Assembly: GCF_963921235.1 (NCBI RefSeq)
Contig: NC_086097.1
Coordinates: 247,072,001 to 247,136,000, forward strand
Length of the DNA stretch: 64,000 nucleotides
Reading direction: 5' to 3'
Origin: Mobula hypostoma
Taxonomy: Eukaryota
Position 1 is the first letter of the stretch. Every line of letters starts with the position of its first letter. The notes under the pieces were generated by a model. The model searched no databases and was not told where the DNA came from. It was given only the letters and a program-made list of their open reading frames with translations. The translations under genes were made by a program, and so were the position numbers. Below, in pieces: positions 1 to 12,270 of this stretch.

Positions 1-289
1 AGGGGTAATAACTGTTCCTGAACCCGGTGATACGAGTCGAGGCTCTGTACCTTCTTCCTGGTGGCAGCAACTAGACGACAGCATGACCTGAGTGATGGTG
101 GGGATACCCAATGATGGATGCTGCTTTCCTGCAACAGCATTTCTTGTAGATGTGCTCAATGGATGGGAGGGCTTTACTCGTGAGGTACTGGACTGTCTCC
201 AGTACTTTCTGTAGGATTTTCTATATCAGACTGCGATGCAGCCATATTCCACTACACATTTAGAGAATGTGATAACAGCAACAGTATAC

Positions 290-1330
290 CCAATTCAGGT
301 TGCTGTTCATTGATTTCAGCTCAACACTCAATACCATCATCCCCTCAGTACTATTCAACAGGTTTCAACACCTGGGCCTCTGTACCTCCCTCTGCAACTG
401 GATCCTTGACTTTATCGGGAGACCACATTTAGTGCAGATCAAAAATAACGTCTCCTCCTCGCTAATGATCAACACCGACACACCTCAGGGATACATGTGT
501 AGTCCACTGATCTTCTCTATCTACACTCGGGACTGCGAGTGTGCAAAGCTCAAATGCCATCCATTAATTCGCCAATGGCAAAACTATTATTGGCAGAATC
601 TCAAATGGTGATAGAGGCACAAAGGAGAGAGCAGATCAACTAGTTGAGCGGCGTCACAACTGCAACCTTGCACTCGGTGTCAGTACGACCAAGGAACTGA
701 TTGCGGACTTCAGGAAGGGGAAGTTGGGAGGCGGGGGGAAAACACACACACACACACACATTCTCATCGAGGGATCTGCAGTGGAAAGGGGGGGGGCCAG
801 TTTCAAGTTCCCGGGTGTCAACATCTCTGATGATCTATTCTGGACCCAACACATTCATACAATCATGAAGGAGGCACGCCAATGGCATGAGATTAATGAG
901 ATTTAGCATGTCAACAAAGACTAAAGCAAATTTCTACCTTATGTACTGACTGGTTACATCAGTATTTGGTACAGGGGTCCAATCCACGGGATCAAGAAAA
1001 GCTACGGAGGGTTGCAGACTCAGCTACCCCCATCGCGGGCACAAAGCTCCTCACCATTAAGGGCATCTTCAAAAGATGGTACCGCAGGAAGGAGGCATCA
1101 TTCAGGACCCTCACCATCCAGAACATACCCTCTTCTCATCACCGGAGCCTGAGTATGCACTCATCATTCTAAGAGCAGCTTTTTCCTCCTCTGCCAGATT
1201 TCTGAGTGGTCCATGTTTTCCTCTTTTTGCACTATTTTTATACATTCCTTATTGTAAATTATTGTAATTTTTGTCTTGCATTGACCTGCTGCCGCAAAAC
1301 AACAAATTTACTTTGAACTTTGATATGGCA
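290..1330 (+). mobile_element. Degenerate Rex1/Babar non-LTR retrotransposon (RT to 3'UTR)
   Basis: MLFIDFSSTLNTIIPS...LCNWILDF...PQG and FKFPGVNISDDL motifs, with frameshifts. Confidence 0.75.
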
Positions 1331-1699
1331 GTGCTAATAAAATGGATTCTCATTGTACATTTCTGAAAGGTATCAAGATGCAAGCAATTTTGCAAATTTT
1401 ATAAGTATAATTTCAAATAAATGTGTTATCGTATTTTAATTTGATTGCACTTAGAGATCAAAATGTAAACAAACTTTAGTTTACCAATGTAAGTTTAATA
1501 ACCAAAGTTCTTTGTTTTTGTCAAACTAAGACCACCCTGAATGTGAACCAAAATTGGATGCATTCACGGCAGGAACATCCCTGGAACATAGAAAATGGCG
1601 AGGAAAAATATTTATTGTTTGCTAAAATAGTACCTACTATAAACAAGTATGAAATAGGTAATTTCCTCAGGAGCAAGGGATAGAGGATGCTGTATAGCA

Positions 1700-4050
1700 C
1701 AAGATATCGAAGCAGAATTAGGCCATTTGGCCCATCAAGTCTGCTCCGCCATTCAATCATGGCTGAGCTACTTTTCTCCTCCTCAGTCCCACTCACCGGC
1801 CTTCTCTCCGTAACCATTCATGCCATGTCCAATCAAAAACTATCAGTCTCTGCCTTAAGTAAATCTAATGATCTGGCTTCCACAGCTGCCTGTGATAACA
1901 AATGCCACAAGTTCACCACCCTCTGGCTAAAGAAATTTCTCTGCACCTCTGTTTTAAATGGACACTCCTCTTTCCTGACGATGTGCCCTCTTGTCCTAGA
2001 CTTTCCCGACAATGGGAAACATTCTTTCTACATCTACTGACTAGGCCTTTCAACATTCAAAAGATTTTAATGAGATCCCTCCTCATCCTTCTGAAATCCA
2101 GTGAGTACAGGTTCAGAGCCATCAAACAATCCTGGTATGATAACCCTTTCTTTGCCAGAATCATCCTTGTGAACCACCGCTCAATCCTCTCCAATGCCAG
2201 CACATATTTTCTTAGATGAGCCCAAAACTATGTACAATACTAAAGATGAGGCCTCACTAGTGCCTTATAAAGCCTCAGCATCACATCCCTGCTCTTGTAT
2301 TCTAGACCTCTTGAAATGAATGCTAACATTGCATTTGTCTTCCTCACCACCGACTCAACCAGCAAGTTAACCTTCAGGGTGTTCCGCACAAGGACTCCCA
2401 AGTTCCTTTGGATTTTCTCCCTATTCAGAAAATAGTCCACACATTTCTACCAAAGTGCATTCTCCAACATTGTATTTCGTTTGCCACTTTCTTGTTCTCC
2501 TAATCTTTCTGCCTCCTACTAATCAGCCAATGCTCTAACCATGCCAGTAACTTCCCTGTAATACCATGGGCTCTTAGTAAGCAGTCTCATGTGTAGCACT
2601 TTGTCAAAGGTCTTCTGAAAGTTCAAATATACAACATCCACTGCATCTCCTTTATCCTAGTTGTAATCTCCTCAAAGTTCATCCGGCAAGATTTTCCCTT
2701 AAGGAAACCATGCTGACTTTGTCCTATGTTGTCCTGTGTCACCAAGTACTCCATAACCCCTCCATCTATCTTCATATCGTCTGCAAAATTTTCAAAAAAG
2801 ATATCAATCCATCATCCAAATCATTGGTATATAACGTAAAAAGAGTTGTTCCCAATACAGACTCCTGTGGAATACCACTAGTCACCGGTGGTAAGGCAGA
2901 AAGAGCTCCTTTTATTTCCACTCTTTGCCTCCTGCCAATCAGCCATTGTTTTATCTATGCTAGAATCTTTCCTGTAATAGGACGGGCTCGTGGCTTGTTA
3001 AACAGCCTTGTGTAATACCTTGTCAAAGGCCTTCTGAAGATCCAAGTACACAACATCAATTGATTTTCCATCGTCTATCCTGCTTGGTATTTCACCAAGG
3101 AATTTCAAAAGATTTGTCAGACAGGATTTTCCTTTGAGAAAACCACGCTGACTGTGGCCTATTTTATCATGTACCTCCAAGTACCATGAGACCTCATCCT
3201 TAATAATCGACTCTAATGTCTTCCCAACCACTGAGGTCAGACCAACTGGCCTAAAGTTTCCTTTCTTCTGCTTCTCTCCCTTCTTGAAGAGTGGAGTGAC
3301 TTTTGCAATTTTCCAGTCTTCCAGAACCATTCCAGAATCTAGTGATTCTTGTGTAACATGTTGTAGGGTTTCATGGCTTCTATGTAATGTTCCACTGCTG
3401 AGGTAATGGTTTCTCTGTAGCAGCAATGTTTGGGTTATGACTAGAGATAACAGAACTTTGGACTGCAGGGGCTATCCAATGGGAGAAATGTTGTTCTTTC
3501 TTGTGTGTCTGGAAGCTGGATTTTTCCGCAGTCTTTCGTCAGAGAGCGATGGAGAGATAGGACGCGAATGGAGAGAGTTGGAAGACCACCGGAGGGAGTG
3601 GACTGAGGAGCAAGGGTCCGAGGGACGTCTACGCTTGGAGGTCGACGGGAACAAATGACTGAACAGTGAGCTCCAACGATGTTCAATAGACTGTTTCATG
3701 AGAATGGGCCCTTTTCTGTTTCTTTACTAACCATATAGTCAAATTAAGAATTATAAAGATCAATCATTTAATCGCATATTGTGTACTGTTTGATATTGTG
3801 GATTTGTAACCGGGAAACACATCACGCAACATCCACACAGACGAGATTTCTCAGTTTGGCGGGGCCAGAAGTGTTTTCCCCTAGTCGAACACCTGCTGGC
3901 CGAGGCTGAAGGTTACACTTGAAAAATCATTACTAATGCTTCCACCCACCTCTTTCAGAACCCTGGGGTGTACATCATCTGGTCCAGGTGACTTATCTAC
4001 CTTCAGACCTTTCAGTTTCCCAAGAAACTTCACTCTAGTTATGGTAACTC
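1700..4050 (-). mobile_element. CR1 LINE fragment (RT and 3' end), interrupted by a solo LTR
   Basis: DWKIAKVTPLFKKG...RPVGLTSVVGK...YLDLQKAFDKV and LYKALVRPHL motifs. CR1-type 3' end near 1700-1760. Confidence 0.85.
3352..3917. mobile_element. Solo LTR (566 bp) with 4-bp TSD
   Basis: Termini TGTAAC...GTTACA. TSD CTTG at 3348-3351 and 3918-3921. The CR1 sequence resumes on both sides. Confidence 0.85.
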
Positions 4051-5588
4051 CACACACCTGGAGCATGTTGCAATTTGTGCTGCGGGCCTGGCCTCGTGCA
4101 AAACAACTTCCCAAAGGATCCATTTACTCATTAGAGAGTGGTCACAGTCAGGTCCTCTTCCGAAGAATGAGGCCACTTGGCTCATCCATCCCGCTCAGTC
4201 ATTCAATTTTGTTTGATGTATTGTCCCTCTCAACCCCATGCTCCTGCCTTCACCCTATAATTTTTCACACCTTTACTAACAGCTGTGCCTCTGCCTCTTT
4301 AGAAACCTGCAAAGATTTGGCATAACATCTGAATATTTTGAGAAACTTCTATAAATGTGCGGTGGGGAGTTTATTGCCTGGTTACATCATGGATAACCGC
4401 AGATACCCTTGAATGGAAAAATCCTGAAAATATAATGGACATGGCCCAGTCCATCATGGGTAAAGCTCGGCACACCACTGAACTCACTCTACATTGCTGT
4501 CGCAGGAAGGCAGCGTCCATCATCACGGACTCCCAACACCCAGGTCCCATCATGAAGGTGGTACAGGAGCCTCAGAACCCACACCACCAGGTTCAGGAAC
4601 AGTTATTACCTCTCAATCATCAGGCTCCTGAACCAGAGGGGAAAACTTCAATCAACCTCACCTGCCCCATCACCGTAATGTTCCCACAATGTATGGACTA
4701 ACTTACAAGGACTCTCCATCTCATTGGGTTATCTATTCATTATTATTCTATCCTCTTTTGTATTTACACAGTTTGTTGCCTTTTGCATATTGGTTGTTCG
4801 TCCGTCCTATTGGGTGTGGTCTCTCACTGATTTGATTATGTTTCTTGGATTTACTGTGTATGCCTGCAAGAAAACAAATCGCAGGGTTGTATATGGAGAC
4901 GTATATTGTACTTTGATAATAAATTTACTTTGAAATTTTAATTAAGAACCTATCAGCTGCTTTAAATATATCCACAGATTTACCACCCCCGGCTAAAGAA
5001 AATCCTCCACATCATTGTTTTAACTGGATGTCCTTCCAATCTGAGACTGTACCTTCTGGTCCTAGATGCCCCCACTATTGGGAACATTCTCTCCACATCC
5101 ACTCTATCTAGACCTTCCAATGTGTGACATTTCCCTGCTGCATCAGAAACTATGTGGATGCTCTGATATCTGACAAGCAGGTTTGTCACTATCAGAGAAA
5201 TAACTATCCTGTTAGAATTCTTTGAGGTAGTAACTAAAGGTGCCAGGTGCAAGCAATTCTGTAAACTTTAGTAATACAAATCTAAATATACATGTTCCTG
5301 TATTTTCAGTTGGTTGCACTTAGAGACCAAAAAGTAAACAAACTTTATACATTTTACTGATCAAAATTAGAAGGTTTTGACAAACTCTCATCACCAAACC
5401 AAGAGCATCATGACTATTTCAACAAGCCACATTCAAACTGGTGGCAACCCCATAAATAAAACAGCGGCAGAAGAAGTTATTTAACGTTTGATAAACATCA
5501 TACTCAAGTTCCAACTGTGAACAGGTATTAAATGTATAATTTCATCACAAGAGGGGGACAGAAGGTGCAGACTTACTGCCCACGCCAG

Positions 5589-5970
5589 CACCCGTTCCCA
5601 TCCCCGGTCCAGTCCAGATGGGACAGAGGGAGCCCTGTCAGCGGACGCCGGGCTCCCACCCGTTCCCATCCCTGGACCAGTACAGATGGGACAGAGGGAG
5701 CCCTGTCAGCGGACGCCGGGCTCCCACCCGTTCCCATCCCCGGTCCAGTACAGATGGGACAGAGGGAGCCCTGTCAGCGGACGCCGGGCTCCCACCCGTT
5801 CCCATCCCTGGACCAGTACAGATGGGACAGAGGGAGCCCTGTCAGCGGACGCCGGGCTCCCACCCGTTCCCATCCCCGGTCCAGTACAGATGGGACAGAG
5901 GGAGCCCTGTCAGCGGACGCCGGGCTCCCACCCGTTCCCATCCCTGGACCAGTACAAGTGCGACAGAGGG
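5589..5970. repeat. 68-bp GC-rich minisatellite (~5.5 copies) in YAE1 intron 1
   Basis: Unit cacccgttcccatccc[cggt/tgga]ccagtacagatgggacagagggagccctgtcagcggacgccgggctcc. Repeated ORF starts at 5618 and 5686 confirm the 68-bp period. Confidence 0.95.
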
Positions 5971-6062
5971 CGCAGGGCCGCTCGCCCACCCGTCCCCGTC
6001 CCTCGGCCAGGAGAAGAGGGACAGAGGGTCCCCGTCCCCCGTGGGCCAGGCCCCACCCGTAC

Positions 6063-6170
6063 CTTGAGTCTGTTCCCCATGCAGACATTCCACTCGTTCC
6101 GCGGCAGCCGCAGCTCATCCGCCTCCTCATCGAACACATCGTCGCCCGGGTCCAACTTCAGCCGCCACAT
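6063..6170 (-). CDS. YAE1: YAE1 (YAE1D1, ABCE1 maturation factor), coding exon 1
   Basis: Translates MWRLKLDPGDDVFDEEADELRLPRNEWNVCMGNRLK, resembling the human YAE1 N-terminus as I recall it (GDVFDEEADESLLAQREWQSNMQRRVK). Ends at a phase-0 donor AAG|GTACGG (GT at 6062-6061). Lies in a CpG-rich island. The next exon (EGYRDG...) was not found in 1-6060. Confidence 0.85.
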
Positions 6171-6275
6171 TGTCGCCCGGAGGCGGGGAAACGGGGAGGA
6201 GCGGACGGCCGAGCGGCCACGTGACCCGATCTTACGTCAGCGGCCGTTTCCTGGTTACGCGAGTCACATGCCACA
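6171..6275 (-). promoter_or_regulatory. CpG-island promoter/5'UTR of YAE1
   Basis: CpG-rich with no obvious TATA box. Contains E-box CACGTGAC (6218-6225), CRE/ATF-like TTACGTCA (6232-6239), ETS-like TTCC (~6248) and GTCACATG (6263-6270). Confidence 0.65.
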
Positions 6276-6424
6276 CATCTCTATTCATTCATGATATTTA
6301 TGCAAAGCAGGTAGCAGTGTAAAATGGTGCATTCAAGGTAGTTCCATTCGGAGGTGTGAATTTTTTTTTAACAACAAACGAATATAACCCCATTGCCATT
6401 CATGTGGCCCACTTACATTATCAC

Positions 6425-6630
6425 AAGAGGTTTTGCAGATGCTGGAAATCTTGAGTAACACACACACAAAATGCTGGAGGAACTCAGCAAGTCAGGCAGC
6501 ATCTATGATGAAAAATAAACAGTCGACATTTCAAGCTGAAACAATGATCCTGATGAAGGGTCTCAGACGAAAATATCGGCTGTTTACTCCCTCCACAGAT
6601 GCTGCTGAGTTCCTCTGGCATTTTGTCTGG
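6425..6630. mobile_element. Palindromic Penelope-like terminal element with degenerate hammerhead motif
   Basis: gctggaggaactcagc...gcatct...cagtcgac followed by its inverted copy, with ctgatga at ~6550. Confidence 0.7.
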
Positions 6631-6909
6631 TTTAGCCCTTTCATTGTTTGAGTGGCTTGCCTACCCAACTCTGTCATTCAGCAGAAGGAATCGAGACCGT
6701 ACCTGCAGGTTCTCTATGTTTCTATCCAAAGTCCCCAGCCATCCAGACCATGCTCTCTTCTTGCTGCTACCATCAGGCAGAAGGTACAGGAGCCTTAGAT
6801 CCCCCACCACCAGGTTCAGGAATAGATATTATCCTTCAAGCATCAGGCTCCTGAACCAGTGTGGATAACTTCACTCAACTCAACTCTGAACTGATTCCAC
6901 AACTTATGA

Positions 6910-9205
6910 CTCGTGGTGTTCCGCAGGGGTCGGTGTTGGGACCGCTTCCTTTTATGCTGGATATAAATGATTTAGATGATGGAATAGATGGCTTTGTTGC
7001 CAAGTTTGCAGTTGATACGAAGATTAGTAGAGGGGCAGGTAATGTTGAAGAAACAGGTAGGACGCAGAAGGACTTTGACCGGTTAGGAGAATGGGCAAAA
7101 ACGTGGCAAATGAAATGGTGGTGGTGGCATCTGTTAGTCTCGCAACACCATGGATCTGGGCCTGGAAAGTCTTGCTTCAGTCTGTGTTGGAGCAGCGTCT
7201 GTTGTGGCTGTAGAGGCCCACACGGGAGTGACAGTCTCGGCTGCAGCAACTGCACTTGAAGGCACTGTCCTCTAGTGTTGTCTTGGTGCTGTTTTGCTGA
7301 CGAGTGCGTTTTTCTTCAGCAGCAAGCCTCAGCTTCTCTTCTCCTCTTTTTAGACCTCTGCGTAGTTCCAGCCTCCAGTGAGAGCGATCACTTGTGATGT
7401 CCTCCCACCTCTCGACGTTCATTTTCAGTGACTTCATGTCTCTCTTGCAGACATCCTTGAAATGAAGATGGGGCCGCCCTTGTGCTCTCTTGCCGGAGGC
7501 CAGTTCCCCATACAGCAGGTCTTTTGGGATCCTCCCGTCTGACATGCAGTGTATGTGGCCCAGCCAGTGGAGACAGCATTGTTGGAGCAGGATGAAGAGG
7601 CTGGGTATCTGGGCACGGGCCAGGACCTCATTGTTGGTGACTTGGTCAGTCCACGTGATGTCCAGGATGCGTCTCAGGCTGCGAAGGTGGAAGGCGCTGA
7701 GACACCACTCTTGTCTCTAGTACAGGCTCCAGGTCTCGCTGCCGTAAAGCAGTGTGCTGAGGACGCAGGCCCTGTAGACTGCAACTTTGGTGTGCATCAT
7801 CAGCTTTCTGTTCTCCCAGACTCTCTTTGTCAGCCTGGCGAATGTTGAGGCTGCTCGTCCGATCCGTCTGTTGATCTCGGGGTCTAGGGAGAGGCTGTCC
7901 GTGATGGTGGAGCCAAGGTATGTAAATTCATGAACTACCTCCAGCTCGTAGTTGTTGATGGTAATGGCAGGGGGTGCTCAATGCCTTGGCCCAACACGTT
8001 GGTTTTCTTCAGGCTGATGGTCAAGCTGAAGTCCTGGCAGGCTCTTGAGAAGCTGTCCATGAGGCGTTGCAGTTGCTCTTCAGAGTGTGTTGCCAGTGCT
8101 GCATCGTCTGCAAACAACATGTCCCTGATGAGTACTTCGTGAATCTTGGTTTTTGTCCTCAGCCGGGACAGACTGAACAGCTTCCCGTCCGATCTGGTGT
8201 GGAGGTAGACACCATCAGTTGGTGTTCCAGAGGCGTGCTTCAGCATGACTGCGAAGAAGATGCCAAACAGGGTGGGGGCAAGCACACAGCCCTGCTTCAC
8301 ACCGCTGCGGATGTTGAAGGCCTCCGAAGAAGAGCCGTCGAACTGAACGACGCCCTTCATGTCTGTGTGGAATGACTGAACTATCCAAGTGAAATACAAT
8401 GCTGGAAAATGCATGGTCATGCACTTTGGTAGTACAAATAAATGTGCAAATTATTTTCTAAACGGGGAGAAAATCCAGGAATCTGAGATGCAGAGGGGCT
8501 TGGGAATCCTAGTGCAGACACCCCGAAGGTTAACTTGAAGTTCAAGTCAGCAGTGAGGAAGGCAAATGCCATATTAGCATTCATTTCAAGAAGTCTAGAA
8601 TACAAGAGCAAGGACGTGATGCTGAAGCTTTATAAGGCACTGGTGAGGCCTCGTCTTGAGTATTGTGAACAGCTTTGGGCTCCTTAACTAAAAATAAGAT
8701 GTGCTGGCATTGGAGAGGGTCCGGAGGAGGTTCATAGGGATGATTCCAGGATTGAAAGGGTTATCATATGAGGAACGTTTGATGGCTCTGGGTCTGTACT
8801 CGCTGGAATTCAGAAGGATGAGGGGGGATCTCATTGAAACCTTTCAAATGTTGAAAGGCCTAGACAGAGTAGATGTGGAACGTACGTTTCCCATGGTGGG
8901 GGAGTCTAGGACAAGAGGGCACAGCCTCAGGATAGAGGGACACCCTTTCAAAACAGAGATGCGGAGAAATTTCTTTAGCCAAAGGGTGGTGAACTTGTGG
9001 AACTTGTTGCCACAAGCAGCCATAGAGGCCGGGTTGCTGGGTGTACTTAAGGCAGAGAATGATAGGTTCTTGATTAGACACGGCATCAAAGGTTGTGGGG
9101 AGAAGGCCGGGAACTGGGGTTGAGGAGGAGGGAGAAAAGAAAGGATCAGCCATGATTGATGGGCCAGATGGCCTAATTCTGCTCTTATGTCTTATGGTCT
9201 TATGG
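6910..9205 (+). mobile_element. CR1 LINE 3' part, split by an RTE insertion
   Basis: GVPQGSVLGP...KFAVDTK at 6910-7115. Resumes ~8390 through LEFRRMRGDLIE...RNFFSQRVVNLWN and ends in a (TCTTATGG)-type tail. Confidence 0.85.
7116..8385 (-). mobile_element. 5'-truncated RTE-clade LINE
   Basis: GVKQGCVLAPTLF, LFADD and RIPKDLLYGEL...CHSRVGLYSHNRRC motifs, with a (CCA)n tail. Confidence 0.9.
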
Positions 9206-9929
9206 ACTCACTTTCAGGAGCTGCACAACTCATGATCTCAGTAATTTTTTTGCTTATTTTGTCTTCTTTTGCATACTGGTTGTCTGTCAGTCTGTACAGT
9301 TTTTCATAAATTCAATTGTATTTCTTTATTTTCCTGTAAATGCCTGCAAGAAAATGGACCTCAAGGCAGTATATGGCAACATACCTATATGCATAGTTTG
9401 ATAATAAATTTACTTTAACTTTGACTCTGGCCTGCTGCGTTCACCAGCAACTTTTATGTGTGTTGCTCTCTGCAGGCTCTCTGTTTCCTTAACACTATCC
9501 GCTCCTTCACCTATCTTTGTATCATCGGCAAATTTAGCCACAAACCCATTAATCCCATAGTCCAAATCATTGACATACATCGTAAAAAGCAGTGGTCCCA
9601 ACACCGACCCCTATGGAACTCCAGAACAGCCAGCCAGAATAGGATCCCTTTATTCCCACCCTCTGTTTTCTGTTAATCAGCCAATGTTCCACCCACACTA
9701 GTAACTCCCCTGTAATTCATGGGCTCTTATCTTGCTAAGCAGCCTCATGTGTGGCACCTTGTCAAAGGCCTCTGAAAAGTCCACCATTGGTAGTTACGCC
9801 ATCGGAGGAGAAGAAGAAAGAGTGAGAGTGAAGAATCCCCAGCTCTGAATGAACTCCAAGATGACACATTCAGTTCCTCTGCCATCTCCGCGTCTCTCAT
9901 TACAATATCTCCAGTGTCATTTTGGTTCC

Positions 9930-11140
9930 CGTCCCCCTGCCAAATTAGTTTAAACCCTCCCTAACAGCTCTATTAAACCTGCCTACCTAGATATTGGACT
10001 CCTTTGGGTTCAGGTGTAACCTGTCCTTTTTGTATAGGTCATGCCTCCCCCAGAAGATGCCCCAATGATCCAGGAACCCGAAGCCCTGCCCCCTACACCA
10101 GTCTCTCAGCCACACATCAATATACCTGATCATGCTATTCCAGCGCTCATTAGCACGTGGCACAGGCAACAATCCCAAGTTTATTACCCTGGAGGTCCTG
10201 CTTTTTAGTTTCCTACCCAACTGCCTGAATTCTTTCTTCAGGACCTCCTGCCTTTTTCTACCAATGTCATTGGTACCAACGTATACCAAGACTTCTGGCT
10301 GTTCAACCTCTCCCCTCAAAATACTCTGCACCCAATCCGAGACATCCTATACCCTGGCACCTGGGAGGCAACAGACCATGCAGGTATCTCTATCAGGCTG
10401 ACAGAACCCCCTGTCTGTTCCCCTCACGATGGAATCCCCTATGACAACTGCATTCCTCATCATCTTTCCCTTCTTTCTTTCTTTTTAAATCTTTTTATTG
10501 AATAAGTATACAAAAAGGTAAGCCATATAGACACTAATACACTGTTAGAATATAATAAAATTACAGGAGATATTAATACAGAAAAAAAGTGATACAAACA
10601 ACGTAATTTAAACATAACATACTAAGGTAACATAATTGTATACTAATATATATATATATATATCAATAGAGAAAAGGAAAAAAAAAACCCCAAAAAAAAC
10701 CCACCGTGCAACTCATCTTTCCCTTCTGCACTACAGAATCAGGCTTAGTGCCAGAGACCCGATCACTGTGGTTGTCCTTTGTCAAGTCACCCCACCCCCC
10801 AACCGCTTCCAAAACGAGATAACGGTTACTGAGGGGGATGGCCACGGGGTTGCTCTCTACCATCTGAGCTCTTCCCTTCGCTTCCCTGACCGTCACCCAC
10901 TTATCTGACTCCTGCAGCCTTGGGGTGACTAACTCCCTGTGGCTCCTCTCTATCTCCTGTTCACTCTCCCTAATAAGCTGTAGGTCATCGAGCCGCAGCT
11001 CCAGATCCCTAACACGGTCTCTCAGGAGCTGCATCTCGGTGCACTTGGCACAGATGTGGCCATCTGGGAGACTGGAAGATTCCCAGGATTCCCACACCTG
11101 ACACTCAGAGCAAAGTACTAACCCTACGGACATGCTCTTT
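9930..11140 (-). mobile_element. CR1 ORF1 (zinc finger/leucine zipper plus SGNH esterase), degenerate
   Basis: CSEC...CAKC followed by a leucine-zipper-like segment. VGTNDIG...FLDHW...DRLHLN esterase motifs. Confidence 0.85.
10475..10713 (-). mobile_element. L1/Tx1-type 3' end with 14-bp TSD
   Basis: TSD catctttcccttct at 10461-10474 and 10714-10727. AATAAA followed by a GAAA-rich tail on the minus strand. Confidence 0.7.
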
Positions 11141-11224
11141 ATTCCCTGAAAAAAAGGCAAGGAAAAAAAAGTCCATTCATTCACTTACCTATTACCTGTA
11201 ACAGGTGGAAGAGATAGAGTTTGC

Positions 11225-11525
11225 TTTGTGGGTTAATTGCTCCAACCAAACCAGATGAAATGAGCTTTGCTGCTATCCTAAAAGTAATGCAGGAACATTT
11301 AGAACCAAACCCATTGCTTCATTATCAGAATCAAAATGATGGAGAGTCCATTTTAGCTTATGTGGCTGAATTGAAGATATTGCCCAAGCATTGACAGTTC
11401 AGTAATGAGTTTGATAATGCAACGAAAGATCATTGAGTTTGTGGAATCATTCAAAAATGGCTCCTAACTGAAGCACAACTCATATTTGAAAGAGCAGTTG
11501 AAATGGCTGTATCACTGGAGTCAGA
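11225..11525 (+). mobile_element. Gypsy-type gag remnant
   Basis: Frameshifted LIAPTKPDEMSF..VMQEHLEP..GESILAYVAELK..VCGI..LLTEAQL..RAVEMAVSLE. Confidence 0.7.
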
Positions 11526-11527
11526 AT

Positions 11528-12270
11528 TGTTATAAATCAGCGGCAACAAAGATGAATTTGAGTCGAGTTTTTATAAAATAAACAACGGCATTTATTAACC
11601 TCTACTCAAATAAACATGGAACAGTAAACGAACGATTAACTTAAACGGATGTTAACAGCGATATGCTTCTATAGTTATCAAACAGTCGAACTTAAAGACA
11701 ATTCTTAACAGATCTTATTTAAGCACAGTCTTAAGGTGGTAATTTAGTAAGTCCAAATGATTCCTGAAATAGTCGAGAGGAGAGACTTCCCAAACCAGCT
11801 TTGGAACAGTCCCCGAAGTAAAGACGTCACTGCTGAGGCATCTCCCAGCCGAAATGCCTTGTCCGAAGTTATGACGCAGAATACAATTTCTCAAAGTAAT
11901 TGACCTTTCGACAAAGTGATCATCGCACAATACCCAAACCATGTCAGGGTTAACAAAACGTGCGTGCCATGTACAGACGATTCCAAATGTCAGTCACGCC
12001 CGTAATGCGCTGAATGCTGTTGGTTAACCCCAATCATCTTGGAGTTCATTCAGAGCTGGGGATTCTTCACTCTCACTCTTTCTTCTTCTCCTCCGATGGC
12101 GTAACTACCAATGGTGGACTCCCATCAAAACGAACTACGCAACAACTGCGGTTTCCCCTTCTATACCAGTTGGAACATGCCATCATGTGACATCACATCA
12201 CCCCACGATCACAAGACAATTACATCATTCCAATGGTATGAGACCATTACATCATTTCAATAGCATAAGA
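11528..12270 (-). mobile_element. Probable solo LTR
   Basis: Starts abruptly with TGTTAT after the gag remnant, has a reversed polyA signal near 11592 and short internal repeats. The right end is imprecise. Confidence 0.5.

Noticed and set aside
5532..6294. Long overlapping ORFs (230, 149 and 202 aa)
   Set aside because: They arise from the stop-poor GC-rich minisatellite and CpG island. Only the minus-strand YAE1 exon has protein homology and a splice site.
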